This document shows positions 9,203-19,980 of a DNA stretch of 64,000 bases, piece after piece; position 1 is the stretch's first letter; the number at the start of each line of letters is the position of its first letter. The notes below the pieces were generated by a model. That model ran no database searches, was not told the origin of the DNA, and saw only the letters and a program-made list of their open reading frames with translations. A program made the translations under genes and the position numbers. The stretch comes from an uncultured Porphyromonadaceae bacterium (GTDB lineage Bacteria > Bacteroidota > Bacteroidia > Bacteroidales > Barnesiellaceae_A), in assembly GCA_900538705.1 (NCBI GenBank), contig UPZG01000005.1, positions 39,415 through 103,414 of the forward strand, written 5' to 3'.

Positions 9203-10005
9203 AACGATAAAGCTGTAAGGTCAAAAGGTAATTGCATGGCATCGCTGCCTATGGTGTGGCGTTGCGACGGGAATATAACAGGCCCCACGGTGAGGATGTA
9301 ACGACGCAACAGCGTAGCCAACTCGCGTCGTGCCACGGCATCGCCGGCAATCTGCACCTCATCGGTCTGCTGATTCAGCCCCAACTGCTGCCATATGTTG
9401 AGCAGATGATAGGCAGCATCGCCGGTAGTGGGAGCGACAAAGGTATTGGCAAGCAACAGCCCCTTTTTGTCGAAACATGCCACCTCCATATTGCCGTCGT
9501 AGAGTTGTACATACACCTTGGCAAAATTACCTACGCGGCTTTTGCGATAAAAGTATTCGCACAGAGGCGCCAGCGGGTGCAGTACGGCAGGCATCCCGAA
9601 TGTGCGACGCAAAAACGATGTCACAGCTCCGTCGGCAGCCGAAAGCATCGAGGCTCCTACATAGGGCAAACGGCTCTCTAAAACCTCTTCACCCTCGATA
9701 GCCGGATAGACAGTACGGAAAAAGGTTTCGGGCGAAGCCTCGGCTGCCACATCAATGGGAACAAGCAGAAACCGCTGCGTAGGCAACAACACATACACCT
9801 TCTTGAAGGACTGCAACAACTCGTCGTGAGAGTAAACAGTCCGCTCTATCTCAGACAGGAACGATGCCGATGCCGAAAAAACGTCGCGCCCGCATACCAG
9901 CGAGCCGTCGATGGCCGGATGGTAACAGGAATAAATCATCTCGCGAGGCGTAATGCGCAGCATCAGAATATACTGCGAAGTATCGGTAGGCAATTCGTGC
10001 GGCAT
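9190..10005 (-). CDS. conserved hypothetical protein, resembling from memory the DUF3822 family that sits upstream of rsmD in Bacteroidetes
   Basis: The ORF overlaps the rsmD start by 13 nt, which suggests an operon. I chose the ATG at 10005 (MPHELPTD...) because a TATTTTTG box lies at 10055-10062, inside the longer ORF. The family assignment is from memory and not verified. Confidence 0.6.
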   Translation of the reverse strand: MPHELPTDTSQYILMLRITPREMIYSCYHPAIDGSLVCGRDVFSASASFLSEIERTVYSHDELLQSFKKVYVLLPTQRFLLVPIDVAAEASPETFFRTVYPAIEGEEVLESRLPYVGASMLSAADGAVTSFLRRTFGMPAVLHPLAPLCEYFYRKSRVGNFAKVYVQLYDGNMEVACFDKKGLLLANTFVAPTTGDAAYHLLNIWQQLGLNQQTDEVQIAGDAVARRELATLLRRYILTVGPVIFPSQRHTIGSDAMQLPFDLTALSLCEL

Positions 10006-10054
10006 ATCGTAAAGGATGTTGATTACAAATATTGCATTTATATGGCTTTGTTTG

Positions 10055-10062
10055 CAAAAATA
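10055..10062 (-). promoter_or_regulatory. -7 promoter box TATTTTTG for the DUF3822-like/rsmD operon
   Basis: Minus-strand TAnnTTTG match about 49 nt upstream of the ATG at 10005. Confidence 0.35.
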
Positions 10063-10167
10063 CAAAATTACAATGGTATTACGGAACGAGAGGCCGATTT
10101 TAGAGGGAATTTTCATAGCCGACTACTCTGCACAACACAAGTAAGCCCAATTCACGATTATATTACT

Positions 10168-10175
10168 TACATTTG
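10168..10175 (+). promoter_or_regulatory. -7 promoter box TACATTTG for the helicase gene
   Basis: TAnnTTTG match 36 nt upstream of the ATG at 10212. The ORF-track start at 10173 is a TTG inside this box. Confidence 0.45.
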
Positions 10176-10211
10176 CAACAGCAATTTCTTTCAGCAAGAA
10201 ACAGTAATCAT

Positions 10212-11633
10212 ATGTTATACGAAGCTCTTGCCACACAGGCCTGTAATAATCTGCCATACGTTCCCAACGCACAACAAAGCGAGTTGCTGTTGAGGCTGTC
10301 GCGCTTCATTCTCACGGGGAGTGACAACGAAATATTTCTGCTCACAGGTTACGCTGGCACGGGCAAGAGTTCGCTGGTTGGCGCTTTGGTAAAGGCGCTC
10401 ACAAACTTGGAACATAAAACTGTCTTATTGGCACCTACTGGTCGTGCCGCCAAAGTATTTGCCCATTATGCCGGCCATGCAGCCTACACAATACACCGCA
10501 AGATATATCGTCAGCAACGATTCTCACCCGATATGAAAGGGTTTCTTGCGGGTAATAATCTGCATCACGACACACTCTTTGTCGTTGACGAGGCCTCTAT
10601 GATAAACAACACGCCGGGCAACGACTACTATGGGTCGGGGCAGCTTCTCGACGACCTGATAGAATATGTATATAACGGCAACAATTGCCGACTGTTGCTC
10701 CTTGGCGACACGGCTCAGCTTCCACCCGTAGGTCAGAGCGCCAGCCCTGCCCTCTCGCCCGAATGTCTCGCTTCATACGGACTGAAGGTGACAGCCTACG
10801 AACTGAACGAAGTTGCCCGACAGACAAGCGAGAGCGGCATACTTTATAATGCCACACTGCTGCGGAAACTGATGCAAGAGCACAAGGGCGACATACTGCC
10901 GGCTCCCCGCCTGCGACTGCAAGGATATACCGACGTAGAGAATCTGAGCGGTGAGTTCCTGATAGAACGGCTGTCGGACTCGTACGACCACGTAGGCATG
11001 GACGAGACCATCGTGATAACACGTTCCAACAAACGGGCGGGCATATTCAATCAAGGCATCCGCAACCAGATACTCTACCGCGAGGAGGAGCTCACCGCCG
11101 GCGACATGCTACTGGTAGCCAAAAACAACTACTACTGGGGCAAAGAATATAAGGAGATAGACTTCATTGCCAACGGCGATATAGCCCGTGTGGTACGTGT
11201 GAGAAAGCACTACGAGATGTATGGCTTCCGCTTTGCCGACGTGCAATTGCAGTTTCCCGACCTCGATGTGGAACTCGACGCCCGTATTCTCTTAGACACG
11301 CTCACGAGTGATGCTCCCGCCCTATCGCGCGACGAGAATGAACGGCTCTACACCGCCATTCTCGAAGATTATGCACACATTGCCTCACAACGCGAACGGA
11401 TGCAACGGCTCAAAGCCGACCCGTGGTTCAATGCCCTGCAAGTAAAGTATGCCTACGGCGTAACGTGCCACAAGGCACAGGGTGGACAGTGGCGGCACGT
11501 ATATATAGACATGGGATACATCGACCCGCAAAACCTCACACTCGACTTCTACCGCTGGCTCTATACCGCCATGACCCGCGCCACGGAACATATATACTTC
11601 ATCAACCTGGGCGAAGCATTTATCGAGGGGTAA
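10212..11633 (+). CDS. SF1 RecD/TraA-like ATP-dependent DNA helicase
   Basis: Contains Walker A LTGYAGTGKSS, then LLAPTGRAAK, VVDEASM and the C-terminal YGVTCHKAQGGQWRHVYI (UvrD_C_2-like). The start is moved to the first ATG (MLYEALATQ). Confidence 0.82.
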   Translation: MLYEALATQACNNLPYVPNAQQSELLLRLSRFILTGSDNEIFLLTGYAGTGKSSLVGALVKALTNLEHKTVLLAPTGRAAKVFAHYAGHAAYTIHRKIYRQQRFSPDMKGFLAGNNLHHDTLFVVDEASMINNTPGNDYYGSGQLLDDLIEYVYNGNNCRLLLLGDTAQLPPVGQSASPALSPECLASYGLKVTAYELNEVARQTSESGILYNATLLRKLMQEHKGDILPAPRLRLQGYTDVENLSGEFLIERLSDSYDHVGMDETIVITRSNKRAGIFNQGIRNQILYREEELTAGDMLLVAKNNYYWGKEYKEIDFIANGDIARVVRVRKHYEMYGFRFADVQLQFPDLDVELDARILLDTLTSDAPALSRDENERLYTAILEDYAHIASQRERMQRLKADPWFNALQVKYAYGVTCHKAQGGQWRHVYIDMGYIDPQNLTLDFYRWLYTAMTRATEHIYFINLGEAFIEG

Positions 11634-11732
11634 GGCACGTATACAAAAGAATCCGTATTACATGACAAAAATGCACATCAGAAAAGTGAGCCGATGCACC
11701 GTGGCTGTGCATCGCAATTTACAATAAAAGCG

Positions 11733-11740
11733 TAACTTTG
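11733..11740 (+). promoter_or_regulatory. -7 promoter box TAACTTTG upstream of the uORF/MATE unit
   Basis: TAnnTTTG match 20 nt upstream of the uORF ATG at 11761 and 124 nt upstream of the MATE ATG. Confidence 0.4.
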
Positions 11741-11864
11741 CAGCTCCATCAAGTGCAAAGATGTCACTACCATACCAGAAGCTGGAAACAGTGTTGCGAC
11801 AGCTGCGTAAAACAGGGAAAAGAAACTGCGACGCAACTCATGCACGAACCATAGAACAAGTTAT

Positions 11865-13181
11865 ATGAAAGCCAATCGCGAAATACTACGCCTTGCCATA
11901 CCTAACATTATCTCTAACATCACCGTACCACTGATGGGTATCGTCAGTACGGCCATTGCCGGGCATTGGGACAGCGAGCATTCGGCTGCTGTCATAGGGG
12001 CATTGGCAATAGGCGTATCGATATTTAACTTCATCTATTGGAATTGCTCGTTTGTGCGCATGGGGACGAGCGGCCTCACGGCACAAGCCTACGGTGCCGG
12101 CGACCGCGCCGAGTGGACTCGTATGCTGGTGCGCGCCGTCACGGTAGCCGGTGTATTGGGGCTAGCAATATGGCTGTTGCAGATTCCACTGGGACAGTTT
12201 GCACTGTGGATGATGAACGGCAACGAAATGGTCAGAGACTATTTCTATGCCCGCATCTGGGCTGTTCCTGCAGGCATCCTGCTTTTCGGGCTGAACGGAT
12301 GGTTTACCGGAATGCAAAATGCCGTTATACCTATGTGCATTGCCATAACAGTCAATGTCATACACTTGGCATGCAGTTTTGCATTTGCCTTTGGGCTCGA
12401 CCTGGGCATTGTAGGTATCGCCTACGCATCGGTAGTAGCACAGTGGAGCGGCGTAGTGCTGGCTGGCGTACTGTTGCTGCTGTTCTTCCGCCATACCTTA
12501 GTAAAGGTGGCATGGCGCGATATATTAGACCGCCATGTATTACGCCGATTTTTCTCTATCAACGGTAACATTATCATACGCACTTTTTGTATCGTGATAG
12601 TCTACACGTTCTTTACAGCCATATCGGCACGGATGGACGAGGAGATTCTCGCCGTGAACACACTGCTGCTGCAACTCTTCACACTCTTCTCTTATATGAG
12701 CGACGGCTTTGCCTACGCCGCCGAGGCTTTGACAGGCCGTTTCACCGGAGCACGCGACGAAGCATCACTACGACTATACATTCGCCGCTGCATATGGTGG
12801 AGTATAGGCATAGCACTGCTTTTCGTAAGTATCTACATCATATGGTGGCGTGACCTGCTGGGCATCTTTGTCGACACATCGCACAGTAATGCTGCTGAGC
12901 TAATAAGCCGTGCCGGCGAGTACATTGGGTGGATTATCGTCATACCTTTGGCCGGGTCGGTACCATTCCTGATAGACGGAGTGATGGTGGGAGCTACACA
13001 GACACGCATCATGCGAAACACCATGCTATTGGCAACGGTTGCCTTTTTTGCTATTTTCTACGGGTTCCTACCCTTTATAGGCAACAACGCACTATGGCTC
13101 TCATTCATGTCATTTATGATACTGCGGGGTATATTCCAATACGTAGCGACACACCGACTGGAACTGATATATCGAGTATAA
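11865..13181 (+). CDS. MATE family efflux transporter (DinF/NorM-like)
   Basis: 438 aa and about 12 TM segments. The N-terminus MKANREILRLAIPNIISNITVPLMGIVSTAIAGHW is typical of MATE proteins. Confidence 0.88.
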   Translation: MKANREILRLAIPNIISNITVPLMGIVSTAIAGHWDSEHSAAVIGALAIGVSIFNFIYWNCSFVRMGTSGLTAQAYGAGDRAEWTRMLVRAVTVAGVLGLAIWLLQIPLGQFALWMMNGNEMVRDYFYARIWAVPAGILLFGLNGWFTGMQNAVIPMCIAITVNVIHLACSFAFAFGLDLGIVGIAYASVVAQWSGVVLAGVLLLLFFRHTLVKVAWRDILDRHVLRRFFSINGNIIIRTFCIVIVYTFFTAISARMDEEILAVNTLLLQLFTLFSYMSDGFAYAAEALTGRFTGARDEASLRLYIRRCIWWSIGIALLFVSIYIIWWRDLLGIFVDTSHSNAAELISRAGEYIGWIIVIPLAGSVPFLIDGVMVGATQTRIMRNTMLLATVAFFAIFYGFLPFIGNNALWLSFMSFMILRGIFQYVATHRLELIYRV

Positions 13182-13352
13182 GTGCATAAACAATTCCACG
13201 TAAAAACGCCCCCGACAATATAAAAAACGACAAATCTTTTTCACATCTACAAGGTATAAAAAAAGAGGAGCGTGCGCGCAACATACGTCAAGCACCCTCC
13301 CTTCCCATTGTAGACTGAGAAGATTAATTACATAATATTATCGGTTTACCCA

Positions 13353-14669
<1,317 letters not shown>

Positions 14670-14864
14670 TTACTCAAGGAGCATTCAATCCCCATAAATA
14701 GCTATTTTATGAGTATAAATCACCTCATGATGCTATTATAACAAATTGACTGATGAAATGATACCGGCCAATATATTTTTTTGACTTAAATAATATTACT
14801 CTATCTACAACCTACAACAATTTATAAAGCCCCATATACTCGCCATGAAGCATAATACATTTAC

Positions 14865-14909
14865 AAAAAGTCACCTGTCATTGAGTCTTTTCAGACCCCA
14901 ACAGGTGAC
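14865..14909 (-). terminator. rho-independent terminator after the efflux operon
   Basis: The 9-bp stem is GTCACCTGT (14870-14878) with ACAGGTGAC (14901-14909). On the minus strand it is followed by TTTTT. It lies 22 nt past the MFS stop codon. Confidence 0.55.
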
Positions 14910-14930
14910 ACGGACATGAAGCAAATCTGT

Positions 14931-16520
14931 TTATTTCTTACCTATAAAAGATGCTACTACCTGGCTTCTTACTTTATGCCAACTGGGCATCTGTTTCAAC
15001 CCTCGGCGAATAGGTGCATCATACAATAAGAACAAGAGCAAAAGAAGTATACAAGCATACGCCGCATAGCCATACATCTGCTTAATGCTAATTTCTGTCA
15101 TTTGTGTAATGAACGCATTCATATAATCAGGCAGATTAACCATCATACGACTTGTCACCACGTTGTCAATGGCAGCTCCATACCGCGCTATATTATCAGG
15201 CAAACAATAAGCTAACCCTCTTGTATAAATAGCAGCACCGATAACACCGCCTATAACCATATGTATCATATTAAATACCGATAGGGCCTGAAAAAAATGC
15301 TGGAATGTCATTATCTCCTCCAAGCAAGTCATAAACGTTGCACTCAACACGGCATATGCAAATCCACGACATACCGTTGGCAAACATAATTGTGAAAAAG
15401 AAATCTCACTCGATAGGGTAAAATAAAATCCCAACAAATAACAAATAACTCCTATCAGTCCGATAATAAGCAACCGTAAATAAGGGAAACGCTTCACATG
15501 CATCCACCAATAGGCAAACAGGCAACCCGACACAACACCTACCAGCATAGACCAGTCCAACTGGACACTTGTCATCGCGCCATAGTGCATGACGCCCTCA
15601 AAAAATGCCTCTTCCAACACATGCTCCGTAGCAAGCAGCATCTCGACCAAAGCAATAAGTATGAGAATAGGAAACAAATAACGATATGTCCACATCTTTG
15701 GCTCGATATATGGGTGATGGATAGACAGCATGCGCCCTATACAAACCACCAATGTAATAGCCGCTATAATACTGAGCTGACATATGACGGGGCTATTCCA
15801 CCAATCATAGTAATCGCCATAATTGAATATATAGGTAATTTCCAATATAAGCACAGCCCACAGAATAGCGCCCAACCAGTCGACTCCCAACAACGGAAAT
15901 TTTCTAAACATCCTGATACGACGTACACAAATAGTCAGTATCAAAAGGTCGACAATCATAACGCCACTGATAAACAGCTGCATGTAATCCCAATGATAAT
16001 AATACATCAAATATGTAGCCAGTAAATCAGACAGCTGCATACTTCCTAAGATTACTATATGCAAAATGGGGAAAAAAGAGGTGAAGTCGCGTGTCGGTGT
16101 TATCCAAAGCTGTATATTCGACATACACTCAAAAGTTCCTTGAATCTTGCATATACCCTCCACAAAACAAATAAACCACAACAAAGGCAGAAATGTAACG
16201 TGCGGGGCTATCATATTGCAAAGCAATACACCGGCTGCAGATGCAAGCAACAGACTTTTGTTGGTAAATCGGAACTTCATACGAAACAATAAGGGGAAAT
16301 AGATGGCCATCCCTGCCAGATTGGCATACAGACACATCAGTAAATCCTCCCTCATAAGGGCCGTTTTACCCATCATCTGATTGAGCGTTCCTATATAAAG
16401 TCCACCTGAGAACTGGAATGTTGCTGCCATAAACAAATATATCCATGGGCGTATTTTCTCAGGTACAAACGCCCTAAACATGGGCATTGAAAAAGAGAAT
16501 GGTTGTACCGATGCACTCAT
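14931..16520 (-). CDS. MFS-type efflux permease (EmrB/DHA2-like inner-membrane component)
   Basis: 529 aa and highly hydrophobic, with about 14 predicted TM segments. It is the third gene of a TolC-HlyD-permease operon, and its start abuts the HlyD stop. Confidence 0.7.
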   Translation of the reverse strand: MSASVQPFSFSMPMFRAFVPEKIRPWIYLFMAATFQFSGGLYIGTLNQMMGKTALMREDLLMCLYANLAGMAIYFPLLFRMKFRFTNKSLLLASAAGVLLCNMIAPHVTFLPLLWFICFVEGICKIQGTFECMSNIQLWITPTRDFTSFFPILHIVILGSMQLSDLLATYLMYYYHWDYMQLFISGVMIVDLLILTICVRRIRMFRKFPLLGVDWLGAILWAVLILEITYIFNYGDYYDWWNSPVICQLSIIAAITLVVCIGRMLSIHHPYIEPKMWTYRYLFPILILIALVEMLLATEHVLEEAFFEGVMHYGAMTSVQLDWSMLVGVVSGCLFAYWWMHVKRFPYLRLLIIGLIGVICYLLGFYFTLSSEISFSQLCLPTVCRGFAYAVLSATFMTCLEEIMTFQHFFQALSVFNMIHMVIGGVIGAAIYTRGLAYCLPDNIARYGAAIDNVVTSRMMVNLPDYMNAFITQMTEISIKQMYGYAAYACILLLLLFLLYDAPIRRGLKQMPSWHKVRSQVVASFIGKK

Positions 16521-16521
16521 A

Positions 16522-17556
16522 TCAATACTTTACTTTACATTCCACATTGAAGCCAGCCCTTAGCTTGCTTACTTTTTCTGCATCATTACCTTGCAAACGG
16601 ATGCGGACCGGTATTCTTTGCTCCACCTTTACGAAGTTGCCCGTTGCATTGTCCTGCGGCACCATAGAAAAAGCTGCTCCCGTAGCATCAGATATAGACT
16701 CTACAATACCATTATATACAACACCGGGTACAGCATCGGCCGTAAAAGTTACAGCAGCACCTTCCTTAATATTGGGAAGTTGTGTTTCGCGGTAGTTGGC
16801 TATAACCCACAAATCGCTATTGTCTACAATATCGACCATAGTTTGTCCCGATTGTACCAACTGGCCTTCATGTATATCCTTGCGACCTGTTACGCCATCA
16901 CACGTAGCAACAATCACGGTATACGACAAGTTAAGTCGCGCCAAGTCTACGGCAGCTTGTGCCAAGCGAACAGTAGCCTCATTCTGACCTAAACGATGAG
17001 TTTGTTCTTCTTTAGTCAGAGAGGTAGAATGTTTTATACGAAGTACTTGCTCATACCGGGCATTCACGGCATCATAAGCTGTTTTTATATTATCATATTG
17101 CTGTTTTGTTACGGCATCTTCTTCCAGCAGTTTTTTATAACGTTGCAGTTCTCGTTCGGCATTATCCTTCTGTACCTTCACTTCTTCAATCGTAGCGTCA
17201 TTAACACTCAGATTATTTTGCGTAGTTGCAATACCTGCCGTCGTTGCCTTCTGTCCTGCCAGTGCATTAGCCAAGTCAGCCTCAGCCTGAGCAAGATGCA
17301 ACCTGAACTCCGAGTCTTCTATCACAAGCAAAGTATCGCCTTTGTGTATAGGCTGATATTCCTCGAAATAGATTTTCTTGATAAATCCCTGTACTCGTGT
17401 ATTGATAGGTGTAATGTGTTGCTTAATCTGTGCATTATCGGTATATTCAACATTTCCAAGATGGATAAAACGAGAACAAACGTATACTAATCCTATCAGT
17501 AATAATGCTATGATAACTGCATTATAAATCAATTTCTTTGTTCTTCTGTTAATCAT
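16522..17556 (-). CDS. HlyD family secretion/periplasmic adaptor protein (EmrA-like)
   Basis: 344 aa with an N-terminal TM anchor, long coiled-coil hairpin segments (AEADLANALAGQKA..., LAQAAVDLARLNLSYT) and beta-barrel domain motifs. Confidence 0.88.
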   Translation of the reverse strand: MINRRTKKLIYNAVIIALLLIGLVYVCSRFIHLGNVEYTDNAQIKQHITPINTRVQGFIKKIYFEEYQPIHKGDTLLVIEDSEFRLHLAQAEADLANALAGQKATTAGIATTQNNLSVNDATIEEVKVQKDNAERELQRYKKLLEEDAVTKQQYDNIKTAYDAVNARYEQVLRIKHSTSLTKEEQTHRLGQNEATVRLAQAAVDLARLNLSYTVIVATCDGVTGRKDIHEGQLVQSGQTMVDIVDNSDLWVIANYRETQLPNIKEGAAVTFTADAVPGVVYNGIVESISDATGAAFSMVPQDNATGNFVKVEQRIPVRIRLQGNDAEKVSKLRAGFNVECKVKY

Positions 17557-17582
17557 GACGATATTTCTATTTATTGAATTTA

Positions 17583-18896
17583 TTATAATGTATGTGTGAT
17601 ATATTTCATTTTATAGTAATTATATACGACATTGATACGTGCATTCACCAGTCCCAAATCAGCACTTAGTTTCATATTGCTCGCATCCAACATATCTGTA
17701 AGCAGTGCCATCTCATTTTTATACCGATTATCGGTAACACTATAATTCTCATTGGCCAACCTTACACTGTTTTTCTGTGTCTCTAAATCGGTAAATGCCG
17801 TCAGGAAATTTACGAAACCTTCTTGTACTGCATTTTCAACCTGTTCCTGAGCCAACTGATGTAACTCTTGTGCACGACGCACATTCAGTCGGGCTTGTTT
17901 AACCCTATGGTTATTCTTGAAAAGAGACGAGATATTGTATTTAATGCCAACCCCAACATACCAATAATTAAAATTATTGTTCAATACCGGCACTTCTATC
18001 GTAATAGGACCATCCAAATGGTCGGCAGCAACGAGAGAAATATGTGGCAGAAGCTCCGAGCGCTCCTTTTTTACTATCTGCTCATTCAGTTTAATGGCTG
18101 TCAGAGCTTGTTTCAAGCCTATGTTATTAGCAGCTGCCATCTCTTGCCAATCGCACTCGGCCAATGAGAATATCTGTTGCTCCAACAAGGTCGTATCAGG
18201 AACAATCTCTGTGCTATCGGGCAAATGTAATGTTGTGACCAGCTGATGATTGGCAATTCGCCTGGCACTTATAGTCCTGGTCAATTGCAAATTGAGCTGC
18301 TCTTTTTGCAACTCATAACGAGTAATATCGTTTTTCAGTACAGTGCCTTGCTCTCTACGAGCTACCATATTGGCTATGACTTGGTTGGTCAACTCGATAT
18401 TTTTCCGCAGGACAACAATCTGATTGTCAAGTTTATATAGATTCAGATAATGACCTACCAACAAAAACCGTATTTCCTGAACATTCTTTTGCAAATCGAG
18501 CTCGGCCAACAACTTACTCATCTCAGCCTGCTTGATGCCACTACTTATAGCACCTCCTGCATAAATTACTTGTTGAGCTTCCAATGCAAAGTTATTACCA
18601 AAATGTGGCATATCAATCTCCATGCCATTGCTAAAATTTCTGTCCCACATCTCTCCGTTTCCCAGATAGCTGGCCGACAGAGAAACATTTACATCGGGAA
18701 GCCTCTGCGCTTTGGCAGCCTTTACAGCCTCGGTTGCCGCTTCTGTTTCGGTTTTATAGGCTTGAATACTTTTACTCTGTTCGTCTGCAAGGACAAACAA
18801 TTCCTCTATCCCCATCAACCTGGTTTGGGCACATACATGCTGGCTGCATAATGCTGTAATACATAACAGCATTATGAGCCTTTTCTTTTTGCTCAT
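17583..18896 (-). CDS. TolC family outer-membrane efflux protein
   Basis: 437 aa. It has the signal peptide MSKKKRLIMLLCITALCSQHVCA and the two-repeat helical/beta architecture typical of OEP/TolC proteins. It is the first gene of the efflux operon. Confidence 0.88.
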   Translation of the reverse strand: MSKKKRLIMLLCITALCSQHVCAQTRLMGIEELFVLADEQSKSIQAYKTETEAATEAVKAAKAQRLPDVNVSLSASYLGNGEMWDRNFSNGMEIDMPHFGNNFALEAQQVIYAGGAISSGIKQAEMSKLLAELDLQKNVQEIRFLLVGHYLNLYKLDNQIVVLRKNIELTNQVIANMVARREQGTVLKNDITRYELQKEQLNLQLTRTISARRIANHQLVTTLHLPDSTEIVPDTTLLEQQIFSLAECDWQEMAAANNIGLKQALTAIKLNEQIVKKERSELLPHISLVAADHLDGPITIEVPVLNNNFNYWYVGVGIKYNISSLFKNNHRVKQARLNVRRAQELHQLAQEQVENAVQEGFVNFLTAFTDLETQKNSVRLANENYSVTDNRYKNEMALLTDMLDASNMKLSADLGLVNARINVVYNYYKMKYITHTL

Positions 18897-19174
18897 AAAT
18901 TAACTGATTATTTTATTATTTTTAAATGAATACGACTTATATAATAGAGACTACAGCCACTAAATCAAAAAACCCACCCCCCATGAATGGAAATCATCAA
19001 TCTTATTTTTATAGCGAACTGTATAAGCCTTCATTTTTCTCTTATTCTTGTTTTCGACCGCGAAATTAGAGAAAAAAGAGATAGAATGTAACCTTATACA
19101 CCTCGTTTTTTCTATTATTTTAACAGTTGAGCATATACATATTTATGTGATTGACAGAGTGTCGTAACACTCCG

Positions 19175-19375
19175 TCAATCACCTTCTTCGAGGATAAAAA
19201 TATCTTCTACCGGTTTACCAAAATAGCGTGCAATTTTCAGAGCCAACGGTGTGGATGGGAGGAAATGACCTCTCTCAATAGCAACAATCGTCTGACGGCT
19301 CACGCTCACTGCCTCGGCCAACTGCTGCTGCGTAATATCGCGCTCGGCGCGCTCTACCTTAATTCGATTTTTCAT
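19175..19375 (-). CDS. small XRE-family helix-turn-helix transcriptional regulator
   Basis: MKNRIKVERAERDITQQQLAEAVSVSRQTIVAIERGHFLPSTPLALKIARYF. The ORF-track start at 19402 is TTG, so I used the first ATG at 19375. Confidence 0.85.
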   Translation of the reverse strand: MKNRIKVERAERDITQQQLAEAVSVSRQTIVAIERGHFLPSTPLALKIARYFGKPVEDIFILEEGD

Positions 19376-19772
19376 CGTCGAATACTTTTCTGTAATGTGC
19401 AATCATAATCTTGAATACCAATAAAAATACAACGGGGAAAAGGCATAAATTGGCAATCATGAAATAAAGATAATACAAGTTATTGATGACCAAGGTACAC
19501 ACAATCAACAACCCCACATAAACATAGAGCGACATCATCAACGCTTGCAACCTGACGGCCTGCACCATCTCGTCCTCCTGTCGCTCACGCGAACAACAAA
19601 TAAAAATAGCCCCTATCGCTATGCCCATAATGGCTATATCGTTTACAACAACACCTACGACACCATTCAACGACAAAACTTCAACAAGAATCAACACTCC
19701 TATTATCAAACACGGGACAAACAATATCCACCCTATTACCCGCATATAGTGCGGCAAAAGAATCGTTTTCAT
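19359..19772 (-). CDS. small 4-TM membrane protein of unknown function, co-transcribed with the XRE regulator
   Basis: 137 aa with four hydrophobic segments. It overlaps the downstream HTH gene by 17 nt. Confidence 0.65.
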   Translation of the reverse strand: MKTILLPHYMRVIGWILFVPCLIIGVLILVEVLSLNGVVGVVVNDIAIMGIAIGAIFICCSRERQEDEMVQAVRLQALMMSLYVYVGLLIVCTLVINNLYYLYFMIANLCLFPVVFLLVFKIMIAHYRKVFDDEKSN

Positions 19773-19807
19773 ACAGAATAAATTTTGCGGTTAATTACTC
19801 AATGCCA

Positions 19808-19815
19808 CAAAGGTA
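19808..19815 (-). promoter_or_regulatory. -7 promoter box TACCTTTG for the membrane-protein/XRE pair
   Basis: Minus-strand TAnnTTTG match 35 nt upstream of the ATG at 19772. Confidence 0.45.
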
Positions 19816-19909
19816 AATAATGCATTACATAAAGTCAAGTATTATTTACTTTTTATTTTAAAAAATTTCTACTGACGATGCTGCAACACAAACATCGGCA
19901 GGCAATCGT

Positions 19910-19946
19910 AAAAAAGAGGATGAATCCGAGTCACGGATTCATCCTC
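19910..19946 (-). terminator. rho-independent terminator after the M13 peptidase gene
   Basis: The perfect 13-bp stem is GAGGATGAATCCG (19916-19928) with CGGATTCATCCTC (19934-19946) and a 5-nt loop. On the minus strand it is followed by T6 (A-run 19910-19915). Confidence 0.8.
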
Positions 19947-19980
19947 TCTTATAGAATACAGGCTATGTAGCCTCACCATT

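Noticed and set aside
8315-9301. A 328-aa (+) ORF spanning the end of the LuxR-type gene and the whole of rsmD in antisense.
   Set aside because: It runs through two confidently called genes on different strands. Its translation is Arg/His-rich with no motifs.
19175-19772. The XRE-HTH plus small membrane protein pair as a toxin-antitoxin or abortive-infection module.
   Set aside because: The membrane protein is encoded upstream and is a plain 4-TM protein without toxin motifs. This pairing of a small HTH regulator with a membrane protein is widespread, and nothing in the sequence indicates defence function.
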